A stretch of 64,000 bases of DNA from Candidatus Falkowbacteria bacterium (GCA_018693855.1 JABHMO010000043.1:72154-136153); one strand, 5' to 3'. Numbered from the stretch's first letter, positions 9,752-18,974 are shown. Numbers and translations are program-made. Notes: generated from the sequence alone by a model not told the origin.

Positions 9752-10918
9752 TTACGGTGCCATTTTTCGAAGTTTTTCAATAACAACTGAAAGAGCTTTT
9801 ATAAAAACAGCCACTTCGACTTCGCTATTAAATTTACTTAAAGAAATTCGGATACTTCCATGTGACCATTCAGGTTTTCGCCCCATTGCTGATAAAACGT
9901 GAGACGGTTCAAGTGAACCAGAAGAGCAAGCTGAGCCAGTTGAAATAGCAATGCCTTCCATATCTAGCATCATTAAAATACTTTCGCCTTCAGCTTTTAG
10001 AAAACTGACATTCAAAATATTTGGTAATGAAGTACTTAAATCACAGTTTATTTTAATATTATCTATTTTACTAATTTCTTTAACTAATTTATCTCTTACC
10101 TTTTTTACCTTTTTGAAATTTGCTTTACCTTCACTTGAAATAAGTTCAATCGCTTTTGCTAAACCAACTATCCCAGGAACGTTAGCTGTCCCAGGTCGAA
10201 CACCAAACTCTTGATGTCCACCAAACTGTACGGGTGAAAATTTGACACCTTTTTTAATAAACATTGCACCAATACCTTTTGGTCCGTTTATTTTATGGCC
10301 TGACATTGTTAAAAAATCACAGTTAAGTTCAGAGACGTCACAATCAAGATAGTTCACAGCTTGTACGGCGTCTGTATGGAAATATAGAGGTAATTTTTTG
10401 TCTCTTTTTTCATTCTCTGTTTTAATTAGTTCCCCAATTTCTTTAATTGGTTGAACAGAACCAACTTCATTGTTAGCATACATAACAGAGACTAAAACTG
10501 TATTTGATTTTATCAATTTTTGTAATTTACCAACTAGAACAACCCCATTTTCATCAACTGGAACATAATCAATTTTCACTCCCCTTTTCTTCATCTCTCG
10601 ACAAGTTTCAAGTACAGAAGGATGTTCAATTGCTGAACAAATAATATGTATATTCTCTTTGAATTTGTTTACAACTCCCTGAATCGCAATATTATTCCCT
10701 TCAGTTGCTCCCGCAGTAAAAATAATTTCTTGATTTTCACAATTGAAAAACTTAGCCACAGTTTCCCGTGCTTTTTCAACTGCATCAAGAGCAATCTGCC
10801 CTTGCGAGTGAACGGCATGAGGATTTGCAAAATGTTCCGTATAAAACGGAATCATCTCTGCAATCACCCTATCATCAACCTTAGTTGTAGCTGCATTGTC
10901 GTAGTATATATTCTTCAT
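9752..10918 (-). CDS. iscS: Cysteine desulfurase (IscS/NifS type)
   Basis: YYDNAATT, HTDAVQ, SGHKINGPKG, STGSACSS. Confidence 0.93.
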   Translation of the reverse strand: MKNIYYDNAATTKVDDRVIAEMIPFYTEHFANPHAVHSQGQIALDAVEKARETVAKFFNCENQEIIFTAGATEGNNIAIQGVVNKFKENIHIICSAIEHPSVLETCREMKKRGVKIDYVPVDENGVVLVGKLQKLIKSNTVLVSVMYANNEVGSVQPIKEIGELIKTENEKRDKKLPLYFHTDAVQAVNYLDCDVSELNCDFLTMSGHKINGPKGIGAMFIKKGVKFSPVQFGGHQEFGVRPGTANVPGIVGLAKAIELISSEGKANFKKVKKVRDKLVKEISKIDNIKINCDLSTSLPNILNVSFLKAEGESILMMLDMEGIAISTGSACSSGSLEPSHVLSAMGRKPEWSHGSIRISLSKFNSEVEVAVFIKALSVVIEKLRKMAP

Positions 10919-10925
10919 AAAGAAA

Positions 10926-11085
10926 CGATGCTAATTTGCGAATTATGCGAATGCTGCGAACGCTTCGCCATGCTAATTTGCGAATTACGCGAATAGTTAA
11001 TATTCGTATCATTAGAGTAATTCGCAAATTAGCATCCCAGTACATTTTCGCATCATTCGCATAACATTCGCGGATTTGCATCGGT
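10926..11085. repeat. ~160-bp imperfect palindromic element, family B copy 1
   Basis: cgatgctaatttgcgaat ... attcgcggatttgcatcg; GCGAAT-based units; core gcgaacgcttcgc shared with 35929, 36416 and 46127. Confidence 0.85.
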
Positions 11086-11313
11086 TTATATTTTTTCAAC
11101 ACCACTCACCTCTGGTATTTGTTTTTTAAGATAAGTTTCTATTCCTTGGTGAAGAGTAATTTCTGCCATGGGACAACCGTGGCATGCACCGGTTAATTTT
11201 ACCTTTACAATCCCCTCCTCCGTTACTTCAACAAATTCAACGTCTCCCCCATCTGCTTGTAGTGAAGGTCGAATTTCGTTTAGAACTTCTTGTATTTTCT
11301 TTTCGTCTATCAT
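11086..11313 (-). CDS. NifU C-terminal (Nfu-type) Fe-S carrier domain protein
   Basis: IRPSLQADGGDVEFV, GACHGCP (CxxC). Confidence 0.92.
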   Translation of the reverse strand: MIDEKKIQEVLNEIRPSLQADGGDVEFVEVTEEGIVKVKLTGACHGCPMAEITLHQGIETYLKKQIPEVSGVEKI

Positions 11314-11320
11314 AATTATA

Positions 11321-11361
11321 GTGAATCGAAGTAAATCGCAGTAAAGCGAAGTAAATCGAAG
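11321..11361. repeat. 10-bp tandem array GT(A/G)AATCGAA, family C copy 1
   Basis: gtgaatcgaa gtaaatcgca gtaaagcgaa gtaaatcgaa. Confidence 0.8.
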
Positions 11362-11366
11362 CTAGA

Positions 11367-11747
11367 TTATTTTTCTTTATTTTTATAATTAGTTATAGCG
11401 CTCTGTAATCCTTCTTCCGCTAGGATTGAACAGTGATATTTTACAGCGGGCACATCACCTCCTAAATGAGCGACTACATCGTCCTTTGTAATTGCTAACG
11501 CTTGATCAAAGGTTTTCCCTTTTGCAAGTTCAGTCAAAGCAGAGGAAGCTGCGATCGCAGCAGCACATCCAAGTGTTTCAAATTTAACATCTTTAATAAC
11601 TTCCTTATCTTTATCAACTTTAATATATATTTTCATGATGTCTCCACATTTAATATTTCCAACCTCACCAACTGCGTCAGCATCTTTAATAACACCTTGA
11701 TTTCGAGGTTTCTTAAAATGATCGAGTAATGTTTCACTATATTTCAT
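11367..11747 (-). CDS. iscU: Fe-S cluster scaffold (IscU / NifU N-terminal)
   Basis: YSETLLDHFKKPRN, GNIKCGD, FETLGCAAAIA, KYHCS. Confidence 0.92.
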   Translation of the reverse strand: MKYSETLLDHFKKPRNQGVIKDADAVGEVGNIKCGDIMKIYIKVDKDKEVIKDVKFETLGCAAAIAASSALTELAKGKTFDQALAITKDDVVAHLGGDVPAVKYHCSILAEEGLQSAITNYKNKEK

Positions 11748-11829
11748 ATATGTTATGTTAAGAAATTTAATTTAAATTTAGATTCTCACTTTAATCTTTC
11801 AACTTTTTACTTTAATCTTTTCCCTATAT

Positions 11830-12213
11830 TTATAATGAGTTTAATGTTTTATTTTTTAGAACTTTTTCCAATGATTTATAGATTTCTACCCAGATACGAT
11901 GGACAGAGCAACCACCAGGTTTACAAACAGCTCCGTCAGCACATTTATACGGTTTAACATCACCTTCCAAAACGATGATAACATCAAAAAGTTTAATTTG
12001 TCCGGCTGGTTTAGCTAAATAGTATCCGCCCTTTTTACCAAGATCAGCTTTTACGATTTTGGCTTTTTTTAATGAGGCAAACATTCTTTCTAGATAAGCT
12101 AATGAAATCTTTTCTTCTTTTGCGACAGACGCCAAAGAAACCGCTTTTTTACCGGTTTTATCTAGCTGACTCAGGGCTCGCAAGCCATACTCTGTTCTAG
12201 TTGAAAATTTCAT
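11830..12213 (-). CDS. Rrf2-family regulator (IscR-like)
   Basis: STRTEYGLRAL, ISLAYLE, GKKGGYYLA, three Cys plus His (C-x5-C-x4-C-x2-H). Confidence 0.88.
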   Translation of the reverse strand: MKFSTRTEYGLRALSQLDKTGKKAVSLASVAKEEKISLAYLERMFASLKKAKIVKADLGKKGGYYLAKPAGQIKLFDVIIVLEGDVKPYKCADGAVCKPGGCSVHRIWVEIYKSLEKVLKNKTLNSL

Positions 12214-12242
12214 AATGCCGACTTAATTAGTAGGTTAAAGAC

Positions 12243-12271
12243 ATCATAACAATTTTGTAAAAAATTGTCAA
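12243..12271 (-). promoter_or_regulatory. sigma70 promoter of the rrf2-isc operon
   Basis: Minus strand TTGACA-N17-TATGAT. Confidence 0.6.
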
Positions 12272-12322
12272 TAATAAAAACAGCGCTGTTATTTACAGCC
12301 CTGTTACTTTTTATAAAAGTGA

Positions 12323-12745
12323 CTAGGTGCTTGGCATCATCACAGAGCACCAATCTTTTGAATCAACCGGTCGCTGCAATACGTCAAACCTATGTAGAGT
12401 ACCTTTTCCCGTCCTTGCATCATAGAATCCATTAAGAATCATCACTTTCAGGCTTAAACCGTCTTCACTCAGTATTTGTGGAGTAACACAGACGATTTGC
12501 AAGTCCCGTATTCTCACCAAGGATGACCACCTTGAACATCCAAGTATAAACAATTCAACCCTTTTTGATGTTTTATTCATTTTGTCTGATTCCACAATTC
12601 TAAAAATTTTGGACCTCCTACGAGTCAATGCTCGAAAAAAAGATCGTCCACGAGGCCCCTTACCTACTATCTCAAAAGGATCGAACGGAAAGTCAAAAAT
12701 ACAAGATGCTTTTTTTATAGGCAATTCAAGCTGGTTCCAAGTCAT
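12323..12745 (-). CDS. Orphan hypothetical protein
   Basis: 140 aa; AAGGAG SD; upstream TTGACA-N17-TAACCT (12817-12845); downstream hairpin. Confidence 0.6.
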   Translation of the reverse strand: MTWNQLELPIKKASCIFDFPFDPFEIVGKGPRGRSFFRALTRRRSKIFRIVESDKMNKTSKRVELFILGCSRWSSLVRIRDLQIVCVTPQILSEDGLSLKVMILNGFYDARTGKGTLHRFDVLQRPVDSKDWCSVMMPST

Positions 12746-12893
12746 AACAATCTCCTTTAATCTAACTGATGTTGTTTATGCTACAACATGGATTATCTTT
12801 TTAGACCGAATATATAAGGTTACACAAAAATAACAAATTTGTCAATATACAAAAAAATCGCCTAACATGACGATTCATTTGTAATTATTTAAG

Positions 12894-13730
12894 TTATTTC
12901 TTGATAATCAAAATCCTCGCTTCACCACGCAGAATACTCATTGCTTTTTGCTCATCTGTCATATCAGCTTCGTAAAGTCGGATTGGTTCATCATTCTCAT
13001 CTTCTGGTAGATCATGGATTGCGTTTAGAACTGTTTTGAATTTGAATTTATAGCCTCTCCCACTCATAATACCAACGTCATTTGTAATAAACTGATCACC
13101 ATCATAGCCTCTTATTAAAATATAGTGATAGATTGGACCGAGGTTACTATAGTATGGATTTCCGAGTAGACGACCAGCTGTTGGTACAATTACAAGATTA
13201 CCATCAGCTAACTGATTTTTTATATTATCTAAACTGATGTCGTCAGTAATCTCAGTATTTAAGTTATAATACTCTCGCGCAATCTGATCCACTTCCGCGA
13301 GTGAAGTATCAGTATATGAACCGAATTTATCCATCTGCCAATCAACAACTGATTTGATTTCCTCATCCATCTGATCAGCTGTAATCGTTTGATTATTAAA
13401 GTAACGATGAGCTAAAATCAAAACTGCCTCTTCACATGCTTCCTGATATGGCATCCCCCAATTTCGATGTGGAGCTTGCGATTGGAATGGAACATCTAAA
13501 TCAATCATTGCTGCTGATAAATTTTCTTCTAAAACAGGATCCTCAACTTGATCAGCAGGTTCAACGTCTTCATCGTTACTAATTTCCACTGCGTCATTTT
13601 CATCTTGAAGTTCAGTTTCCTCAATTTTGGGGTCATTAGTACCACTTTCTTCCACAACAAAGTTCTCTGACTCATTAGTACAGGCAGTCAGAGAAAAAAC
13701 TAGTAAAATTAGTATAAATAGTTGCTTCAT
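12894..13730 (-). CDS. Lipoprotein with C39-like (papain-fold) peptidase domain
   Basis: Lipobox LTAC, acidic linker, VPFQSQAP...QEACEEA, HYILIRGYD, ITND. Confidence 0.8.
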   Translation of the reverse strand: MKQLFILILLVFSLTACTNESENFVVEESGTNDPKIEETELQDENDAVEISNDEDVEPADQVEDPVLEENLSAAMIDLDVPFQSQAPHRNWGMPYQEACEEAVLILAHRYFNNQTITADQMDEEIKSVVDWQMDKFGSYTDTSLAEVDQIAREYYNLNTEITDDISLDNIKNQLADGNLVIVPTAGRLLGNPYYSNLGPIYHYILIRGYDGDQFITNDVGIMSGRGYKFKFKTVLNAIHDLPEDENDEPIRLYEADMTDEQKAMSILRGEARILIIKK

Positions 13731-13770
13731 AGTTACATTTTACTACAGATCGATAAATAACACAATCAGC

Positions 13771-13799
13771 TTGACATCTTCATTGAAATAATGTAGAAT
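13771..13799 (+). promoter_or_regulatory. sigma70 promoter of rpmA
   Basis: TTGACA-N17-TAGAAT. Confidence 0.7.
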
Positions 13800-13853
13800 G
13801 TTGATACACGTAAATATAAATTGGTTAAACGACTTAGCAGACCTCTTATTGGT

Positions 13854-13879
13854 CTTCTATAGCCCTCTTTAGCCTTCTT
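13854..13879. repeat. 10-bp period TAGCC(C/T)TCTT array, family E
   Basis: cttctatagccctctttagccttctt; reverse-complement copies upstream of the minus-strand genes starting at 33119, 45435, 57766, 59230 and 59941. Confidence 0.6.
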
Positions 13880-13886
13880 AATAAGT

Positions 13887-14171
13887 ATGGCACATAAAAA
13901 GGCAGGTGGAAGTACTAGTAATGGACGAGATTCCAATGCTCAACGGCTTGGTGTAAAAAGATACGGTGGACAAACTGTTGTATCTGGTAATATCTTGGTC
14001 CGACAACGAGGTACAAAATTTCACCCAGGTGAAAATGTAATGAAAGGTAAAGATGACACCCTTTTTGCAACTATCAACGGAATCGTTGAATTCACACATA
14101 AAAAAGTCAAAAAGTTCACTGGTAGATTAACCAAAAGAACTTTCATCAATATCGTTCCAGAAAAAAAATAA
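13887..14171 (+). CDS. rpmA: 50S ribosomal protein bL27
   Basis: [31 protein letters not shown]. Confidence 0.99.
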   Translation: MAHKKAGGSTSNGRDSNAQRLGVKRYGGQTVVSGNILVRQRGTKFHPGENVMKGKDDTLFATINGIVEFTHKKVKKFTGRLTKRTFINIVPEKK

Positions 14172-14177
14172 CTTCTT

Positions 14178-14207
14178 AAAAAACTCAGCCGTAGGGCTGG
14201 GTTTTTT
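14178..14207 (+). terminator. Intrinsic terminator after rpmA
   Basis: aaaaaactcagcc-gtag-ggctgggtttttt. Confidence 0.75.
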
Positions 14208-14222
14208 GTTTGATGAATTTCA

Positions 14223-14876
14223 TTATGGCAGTTTATCAATCATATTTGTAAATTCTGAATTAAGGGATGACCAAGGATAATTCTGCCAACTTTCAGCAAT
14301 GCCGTGTTTAGAAGGGTTTCTATGGATGTAATTAAGTTTGTTCATTAAATCAGATTTATTCCTTGCATATCTATCATGAAAAGATTTATGCCATTTGAAT
14401 TTAGGATATTCCATCAAAGAATGCTTATTTATAAAATCATTTTTAAGTCTAGATAGTCTATTCCATCTATTCATTTGTTTTTCATATTGATTAATTAAAG
14501 AAATATCAATAGAATCTTTATTATCCCGAGAATGAGAATCTTTATTATCCTGAGAATGCGAGTCTTTATTATCCCGAGAATGCGGATTCTCGGGTACTGA
14601 AAGTTGATTATGGGAGAGGATTCTATTGATATTTTGGGAAGAATTCTTTTTTATTGATTTCATGATATTTGAAATGGATTCATCATTTGATCTAATGAGC
14701 ATATGAAAATGTTCTAAATTTATAATAAATGCAAAAAGATCAAAGCCATAATAATCCTTTGATTCTTTTATCTCATCAATTAAGCATCTGCTTAAAATAG
14801 GATTCTCAAAATATTCAATATTTCGAAACGTGTTTGTCGTCGTCAAATAATATTTCCCTTTATAAAAATTCCTCAT
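14223..14876 (-). mobile_element. REP-associated tyrosine (Y1/HUH) transposase, RAYT-like
   Basis: YYLTTTNT, HUH motif EHFHML, WHKSFHDRYAR, NYIHRNPSKHG, YPWSS; start placed at MRNFY. Confidence 0.85.
14511..14599. repeat. Family A palindrome plus three 24-bp tandem repeats inside the transposase ORF
   Basis: (agaatctttattatcccgagaatg)x3 then cggattctcgggtactg; encodes PENPHSRDNKDSHSQDNKDSHSRDNKDS. Confidence 0.85.
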
Positions 14877-14888
14877 ATCTTTATTAAT

Positions 14889-14920
14889 CAGTACCCGAGA
14901 ATCCGCATTCTCGGGCACTG
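14889..14920. repeat. Family A palindrome directly upstream of the transposase
   Basis: cagtacccgagaatccgcattctcgggcactg; first 27 nt are the exact reverse complement of 14573-14599. Confidence 0.85.
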
Positions 14921-14997
14921 ATTTGATTTTAATTATTATTAATTATAACTAGGGACAACTTTGTCGTTGTCCCTAAATTTTTGAATAAATTGTGTCA

Positions 14998-17118
14998 TTA
15001 CCAACACTGAATGCCTGGGAACCAAATCTCCCCTTCTCCATTCCCGCCGGCACGGCGATCGAATGGCAAGTTGCACTCAATCGTTGCAACCGTATGGTCA
15101 TAGCATGACCATAATGACGGGTACAGACAAGCACAGTTGAAATCAATCCATGGCTGACCTCGCAAACAGATATCACGAAGCGGGCTGTTGACGGTCACGC
15201 TCGGTGAGCCTATGGCTTCGCCAAAACTGGCGTACCAAGCATATGCCTGCATATCTGCCGGGCAAGTGAACGTGCACGTAACAAGGTCGTCCATACTTGG
15301 ACAATTATCTTGTTCTTCTGGCGAATCAGGCTCCATTTCAGCTTCAGGCTCATCCTCGATCTGATCTTGATCAGGTTGTTGAGGTGTATTACAAACACCA
15401 TTCAGACAACCAAACTGACAAGGAATGATTTCGCGATGGCAATAGCCTTCGTATAGACAGTATCCTGAAAACGAGACCTGATTATTACCATCACAACTGT
15501 CAAACGCATAGCAATCTTGCTCGGTTCGACAGCTAAGACAATGAGATACACCCTGACAAGGATCTTGTTCAGGTTCGATCTCGTCTTCAAGCTCTTCTGG
15601 TTCAGGTTCTGGCTCCACCAAATCCTGATCAGTGAACGTTTCCTGATAATAACACCCTGCCAAACCAAGACAGGTCGCGCCGTCAGGACAAAGTTTCCCT
15701 TCATCCGTAAACGAGTTACAGTTATCATCAAGCCCATTACATGACTCTGTTGCACCGGGATGCATGAGAGGATCTGCGTCATCGCAGTCCCCTTTGTTCA
15801 CAGTATACCCATCATTATCCATATCCATCTCGTTCTCATCATAGCTACCGCCAGTGATGTAGTACGAGTTCAGGCAACGATGAGCCATCTCCATTGTGAT
15901 ATCAGGGTCAAACAGCCGAAAACTGCCTTCTAGCTCGTTCTGATTAGCATGATAGAGGTATTTATCAGCATACCCCATCTCGTTGTATGCTTGCTCAGTT
16001 GAGAATGCCCGCAATCGGCCATTGCCAGAGGCAACGAAAACCACGCCGCGCCCAAATCCGGAAATCGGATAGTTGGGTTTAACAAGGGTGCCGTCACGCA
16101 CGTACAAGGTATCCATCAAGTCACATCGCCAGAAATACTGGTCTTCAGCTTGCTGATCCGTTAAAACTTGCAATCGTTCATCGATTGTCCAGCTTCGGTA
16201 AGCGAATTCTGAAGAGAACTCATACAGAGCGCAGTGACTTGAGTCGTGACTGGCTTTTTCATACAGAAGGATTGTGCCGTCTTCCACTTGGAAGAGTTCA
16301 CGAACTGGTTGCCAATCAACGATGAAACCATCATCGTAACAACTCAGTTCAAGGTCACTGACCTCAATCACCATGTCACGTGGAAAATCATGCGCTTCGA
16401 AAACCTGATCGCTATCGATCAGATTTTTCTTGCCATCAATGAGCACGTATACATCAGACTCGTTGACCGAGCTGATCAAAGCTCCATCTGGATGCCAAGT
16501 CACAACTTGCTCTTCAACGAAGAGTGAAGCACAGTTGGACGCTGTACGCCATGAATTGACGAATGTATCCAAATCGTAGCGATTGAACTGTCCAGCTGTT
16601 CGTCCTGGATCGTGAACAATCACTTCACTGTCGGTCATTCCGATGACGACCATGAAGTGTCCCAGTTTAGCTGTATTCATTTTGATATGAACAGCCACCA
16701 TGACGGGGTTGTCTTTTTCGATCTCCTGCCGGAGTTTATCGAGGTGACAGGCGTTACGTTTGATAACGAAGCCTGTTTGCCAATGATTTTCCAGCAATTT
16801 TTTGAGTTGCCCCATATTGGTTAGGTTGCCGTCATAGTGCTCAGCACCGTAACTTGTTTGCGGGACAATATAGTTGTTGTTATACAGCCAATCGATAGCT
16901 GTTTTCAGATGCTCGACCGTAGGTGAGAAATCTTGGAGATAACTCGCCATGATTAGAGCAGCGGTTGGTCCGCAATTGGAATTAAAACTCCAGTCGCCCG
17001 GAGGCGACTGGGGTAAAAATTGGACTTCGTCCAAGAGGATCTGATTGTTGTTCTCGGCCAAGACCGAACCGGTGATGGACACAAGAATCAGAATGACTAG
17101 AATAGCTACCTTTTTCAT
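14998..17118 (-). CDS. Secreted multidomain protein: C39-like peptidase, putative Ca/metal-binding motif, Cys-rich C-terminus
   Basis: Signal peptide; Q...NCGPTAA, GHFMVVIG, VHDP; DMDNDGY..GDCDDADP..HPGATESCNGLDDNC; higher GC; AGGAG SD. Confidence 0.75.
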   Translation of the reverse strand: MKKVAILVILILVSITGSVLAENNNQILLDEVQFLPQSPPGDWSFNSNCGPTAALIMASYLQDFSPTVEHLKTAIDWLYNNNYIVPQTSYGAEHYDGNLTNMGQLKKLLENHWQTGFVIKRNACHLDKLRQEIEKDNPVMVAVHIKMNTAKLGHFMVVIGMTDSEVIVHDPGRTAGQFNRYDLDTFVNSWRTASNCASLFVEEQVVTWHPDGALISSVNESDVYVLIDGKKNLIDSDQVFEAHDFPRDMVIEVSDLELSCYDDGFIVDWQPVRELFQVEDGTILLYEKASHDSSHCALYEFSSEFAYRSWTIDERLQVLTDQQAEDQYFWRCDLMDTLYVRDGTLVKPNYPISGFGRGVVFVASGNGRLRAFSTEQAYNEMGYADKYLYHANQNELEGSFRLFDPDITMEMAHRCLNSYYITGGSYDENEMDMDNDGYTVNKGDCDDADPLMHPGATESCNGLDDNCNSFTDEGKLCPDGATCLGLAGCYYQETFTDQDLVEPEPEPEELEDEIEPEQDPCQGVSHCLSCRTEQDCYAFDSCDGNNQVSFSGYCLYEGYCHREIIPCQFGCLNGVCNTPQQPDQDQIEDEPEAEMEPDSPEEQDNCPSMDDLVTCTFTCPADMQAYAWYASFGEAIGSPSVTVNSPLRDICLRGQPWIDFNCACLYPSLWSCYDHTVATIECNLPFDRRAGGNGEGEIWFPGIQCW

Positions 17119-17147
17119 GATTTTTCTCCTGTTTGCGTATTGCTAGT

Positions 17148-17777
17148 TTAGAACGAGAAGTTCTGGATGAAGTCTTTGAAAACTTCTTGAGCTTGACCTT
17201 CGTCAACTCCATTCACATGGAGAGCGATGTCGTAGACAAACTCGCCTGATCGGATGAAGTATCTCGGATCACCAAGATAGACGGCGTTGTGAGATGTCGC
17301 TTGGACAGTCTCATTATCGGTCAAAAAACTCAGGTCAACGGTTTCAAAGCCGGTCACGCTATCAGGATAGTACTTCGCGAAGAAGTCATCCCAGCCCTCT
17401 GAGCTTTGAGTTACGTTAACATTGATCAGAGCGTAGTAATTGGTATACTTCTGTGAATTGATCTCACTCTTGCCACTGACTTCGATATAGTAGTCGTCAG
17501 GGGCAGAGCCACCTAGGACAACTTCTTTGTCAGTGTTTTTTACTAGTAAAGAGTAGATCAGCTCATCATTCTCACCATGACGTTGTGCCAACTCGACGAA
17601 CCAGCCGTCTGGGTAGTTGAACTCAAAATCATTTGCAGTGTAAGCAATCCAATCACCGGCTGTAGTAGGCTCGTTGTCTTGCTTGCCTTCTTCGTACCGA
17701 GTACACCCGGAGATGAAGAGAGCTGTAGCGATCACAACGGCTACGATCAAAAAGTTACGAAATTGAAATTTACGCAT
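17148..17777 (-). CDS. Lipoprotein with PsbP-like domain
   Basis: Lipobox ISGC; W..Y....FEFNYPDGW motif; ends F..FIQNFSF; AAGGAG SD before MRKFQ. Confidence 0.7.
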   Translation of the reverse strand: MRKFQFRNFLIVAVVIATALFISGCTRYEEGKQDNEPTTAGDWIAYTANDFEFNYPDGWFVELAQRHGENDELIYSLLVKNTDKEVVLGGSAPDDYYIEVSGKSEINSQKYTNYYALINVNVTQSSEGWDDFFAKYYPDSVTGFETVDLSFLTDNETVQATSHNAVYLGDPRYFIRSGEFVYDIALHVNGVDEGQAQEVFKDFIQNFSF

Positions 17778-17939
17778 ATCGATTTTCTCCTTTTCGAGGT
17801 TTGTTAGAATGGGTCCTCGTTTTACCCTTAACATACTAACGTTAGCATGCTAAAACTGATTGTCAATGGACAAGAAGGCCACAGCCTTCGTTTCCTATTT
17901 CGATTAAACCACACAAAGATTATTTTCCCCACGAAAATG

Positions 17940-17948
17940 TTATCCACA
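17940..17948 (+). promoter_or_regulatory. DnaA-box consensus
   Basis: TTATCCACA in intergenic DNA. Confidence 0.4.
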
Positions 17949-18045
17949 CTCGTCAGAATATAAAAAACAGCGATTTTACTAAGGGAAAATCGCGTTTTTC
18001 TTGTCGAGGTAGGTCGTCAAGATTTTAGAGTTAAATTATTACAAA

Positions 18046-18077
18046 CAAAAAATCTCGAGTTTTTATCGAGATTTTTT
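18046..18077 (-). terminator. Intrinsic terminator
   Basis: aaaaaatctcga-gttttta-tcgagatttttt after the 18089 stop. Confidence 0.65.
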
Positions 18078-18088
18078 ATTCTATGAAA

Positions 18089-18769
18089 CTATTTGAAATA
18101 TTTATCATCCTTAACCAATTCAACCGCTTCATCATACATTTTTTGCAAATCATGATGTTCTTGCCAATTTATGAGCATAGCTTCTCTTAAATTTTCATGA
18201 ATTTTATATCCAAAATCCTTATCGTTTGTTATTTCTGTAAACGGACCATTCAAAATAACGGTTGAAGCTTCCTTTATAAACTCGTACTGCTCTCGAGTAA
18301 CTTGTTTCCAGATCTTTTCACCATAATATGCGAAGAATTGAAAATGTAACAGTTCATGAATGAAGGTCATCAAGTTACGATCAAGTGAATCATCGACGAC
18401 AAGCCAGACATAACCATTATCAAAACTATACGGGCATCTTTTTATTGTTGTAATAAAACAAGTAAAATCATCACGATATATTTTATGACCAGTTAAATTT
18501 TCCATTATCTGAAACAATTTGTCTTTACTGTCATCAAAACCTTGCTGAAGCGAAGACACAACTTTTTCTATATCAAAATCCTCATACAATTTTTCTAGAA
18601 TCGGTTTTAGATAGGCATAAGCTTCTGCCTCTGTTTTCCCAATAATAAACGGCCAATGCTTTTCGTCTATCCTTTGCTTCCAATCAACGCCATGAGAACT
18701 GTTATTACAAGCATGCCACCAGTTCCAAGTGTCTTTTTTGATATCTAGTTTCATTTCTATTGTTGGCAT
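18089..18769 (-). CDS. Hypothetical protein with HEXXH motif (possible zinc metalloprotease)
   Basis: FIHELLHF with downstream KEA. Confidence 0.65.
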   Translation of the reverse strand: MPTIEMKLDIKKDTWNWWHACNNSSHGVDWKQRIDEKHWPFIIGKTEAEAYAYLKPILEKLYEDFDIEKVVSSLQQGFDDSKDKLFQIMENLTGHKIYRDDFTCFITTIKRCPYSFDNGYVWLVVDDSLDRNLMTFIHELLHFQFFAYYGEKIWKQVTREQYEFIKEASTVILNGPFTEITNDKDFGYKIHENLREAMLINWQEHHDLQKMYDEAVELVKDDKYFK

Positions 18770-18894
18770 ATATAGAATATTATTGATAATAAATCCATAT
18801 ATATATTATATCATTGCCCTATAAGTAATAAAACAATGCCTTAACGTAAAACTTTTCACAATTTGACAAAATGCGTCAAAAATGCCAAACATCA

Positions 18895-18923
18895 TTGACA
18901 AATATTGATAAATGTACTATATT
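18895..18923 (+). promoter_or_regulatory. sigma70 promoter
   Basis: TTGACA-N17-TATATT upstream of 18975. Confidence 0.55.
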
Positions 18924-18974
18924 GAAAATGAATAGTAGCTGTAACAAAAACCCCAAGCCTGTGGAGGAAAGATA

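Noticed and set aside
10926..11085. Family B and C arrays as CRISPR arrays
   Set aside because: Units are 8-10 bp and degenerate with no unique spacers; no cas genes in the window
10881..11105. Short ORFs over repeat elements (also 35773-36000, 46203-46424, 30377-30616, 33028-33213, 44115-44327)
   Set aside because: They are translations of palindromic repeats or shadows of real genes
14877..14918. N-terminal extensions in the ORF track (also cfa, murD, 17834, 32125, 45468, 60049)
   Set aside because: Extensions run through repeats, promoters or upstream genes; downstream ATGs fit family N-termini better
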